This document shows, in pieces, positions 25,416-26,428 of a stretch of DNA of 26,428 nt; the stretch's first letter is position 1; each line of letters opens with the position of its first letter. The notes below the pieces were generated by a model. It did no database searches. It had not been told where the DNA came from and saw only the letters and a program-made list of their open reading frames with translations. The stretch is from a virus. Lineage: Duplodnaviria > Caudoviricetes. The stretch lies in the IMG/VR virus record IMGVR_UViG_3300037510_000097, positions 1-26,428 of that record; one strand, written 5' to 3'. Both the position numbers and the translations under genes were made by a program.

Positions 25416-25724
25416 ATGTCGAAAAACCAGCAAAATCAGCTAGTCAAGGACGCGCAAAAGGTCTACGCGCGCATTAGTCGGATCCTCGGATACCAGCTCG
25501 ATCTGGACGATCCGGGCGACTTTCGTACGCTGTGTGACCACGCAGGCGACGACGAAGATCTGTTACGCCGCGCGCGGGAGATCTGCCGCGAAGAAGGGAT
25601 TTCGTTTTCCGGTCGCTCGCGCGAATACGGTTACGGCGCCGATTCGTGGGGATCCGAAGACGACGATACCGAAGACTGCGATACGGAATCGTGGGACGAA
25701 AACGACGAAGACGAGCTGTCATGA
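25416..25724 (+). CDS. Small protein with highly acidic C-terminal tail
   Basis: Ends SEDDDTEDCDTESWDENDEDELS; ATGA coupling downstream. Confidence 0.7.
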   Translation: MSKNQQNQLVKDAQKVYARISRILGYQLDLDDPGDFRTLCDHAGDDEDLLRRAREICREEGISFSGRSREYGYGADSWGSEDDDTEDCDTESWDENDEDELS

Positions 25725-25957
25725 TCGGACTACTCTGTATCTGTTTCGCGCTCGCGTGCGCGGCATGCGGCCCACTCGTCATGCGCCGAATCTGGCGCCG
25801 CGAAAGCGTGCGCTACGGGCGCTATCTGCTCGCGCGTAAACTGCTCGCCAAAGGCTACGCGCCCGAGACGCAGATCCGCGAAGCGCAACGAATCGAGCGC
25901 GCGAAGAAGCGCGGTAAGCGTGTCGTGCGCACGTGGCGGAAGGTCGAATTTCGATGA
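25721..25957 (+). CDS. Small basic protein with N-terminal hydrophobic segment
   Basis: ATGA coupling at both ends. Confidence 0.6.
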   Translation: MIGLLCICFALACAACGPLVMRRIWRRESVRYGRYLLARKLLAKGYAPETQIREAQRIERAKKRGKRVVRTWRKVEFR

Positions 25958-26428
25958 ATCGTTTCGAGCGCAAAGACGCGTGCGAGTACCTACTCAAAGA
26001 GCTTGAGACACACCCGATCGTGTCCGTGCTGTTTGACCCGCGCCCGAATGACGTGACCGTGCCCGGCTACTTGAAGTCGCGCGAAGCTTGTCAGATCGAT
26101 ATCGGCTACAACATGGCGCCATCGATCGACGATTTGAACGTGGACGAAGACGCAATCTCGGGCACGCTTTCGTTTTCGTCCGGCATGCACCTAGTTGTCA
26201 TCCCGTGGGCGCACGTGATCGGAATCGCAACTGTGCCGCCGAGCGCGACGAAGTCAACACAGGTCAAGCTGACGCGACCGACTACGCTGGCGCCAAGAAA
26301 TCCGAAAAGCGCGGGCGTGACATTCGCGCCATCGGCTTTACCACGGCAACCGCGCTTGCGCCCGGCATGGTTGCGCGTAATCGAAGGCTGCGCAGGCGAT
26401 AACCCGTGCGCCGCATGCCGTGCTGAAA
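25954..26428 (+). CDS. sspB: SspB-like ClpXP adaptor, 3'-truncated by window edge (not in ORF track)
   Basis: My translation: ...VSVLFDPRPNDVTVPGYLK...IDIGYNMAPSIDDLNVDEDAISGTLSFSSGMHLVVIPWAHV...RPAWLRVIEG; frame open to the window end. Confidence 0.78.
   Translation, partial: MNRFERKDACEYLLKELETHPIVSVLFDPRPNDVTVPGYLKSREACQIDIGYNMAPSIDDLNVDEDAISGTLSFSSGMHLVVIPWAHVIGIATVPPSATKSTQVKLTRPTTLAPRNPKSAGVTFAPSALPRQPRLRPAWLRVIEGCAGDNPCAACRAE

Overview
A GC-rich (roughly 60-65% by eye) segment of a tailed dsDNA phage or prophage. It holds a replication and nucleotide module: a minus-strand primase/VapE-type helicase fusion and, on the plus strand, a Cas4/AddB-like nuclease, MazG-like enzyme, SNF2-like helicase, probable SSB, family A DNA polymerase, HNH, metallophosphoesterase, RuvC, DUF5664 and a Gp157-like protein. 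Three DNA-modification genes are present (Mom-like, beta-class N6/N4 MTase, phage Dam-like). An isolated portal + Mu gpF-like pair is followed by small accessory genes, a trypsin-like lipoprotein and a minus-strand lysis block (amidase, holin-like, two beta-rich proteins). A truncated SspB-like ClpXP adaptor at the right edge hints at a myxobacterial host. The most notable unexplained signals are a ~200-nt two-domain structured RNA upstream of the mom-like gene, a ~160-nt structured RNA with its own promoter and U-tract, a 108-bp duplication of the polymerase 5' end flanking the MTase, and several apparently leaderless promoters. All calls rest on motif recognition by eye; no database searches or folding programs were run.
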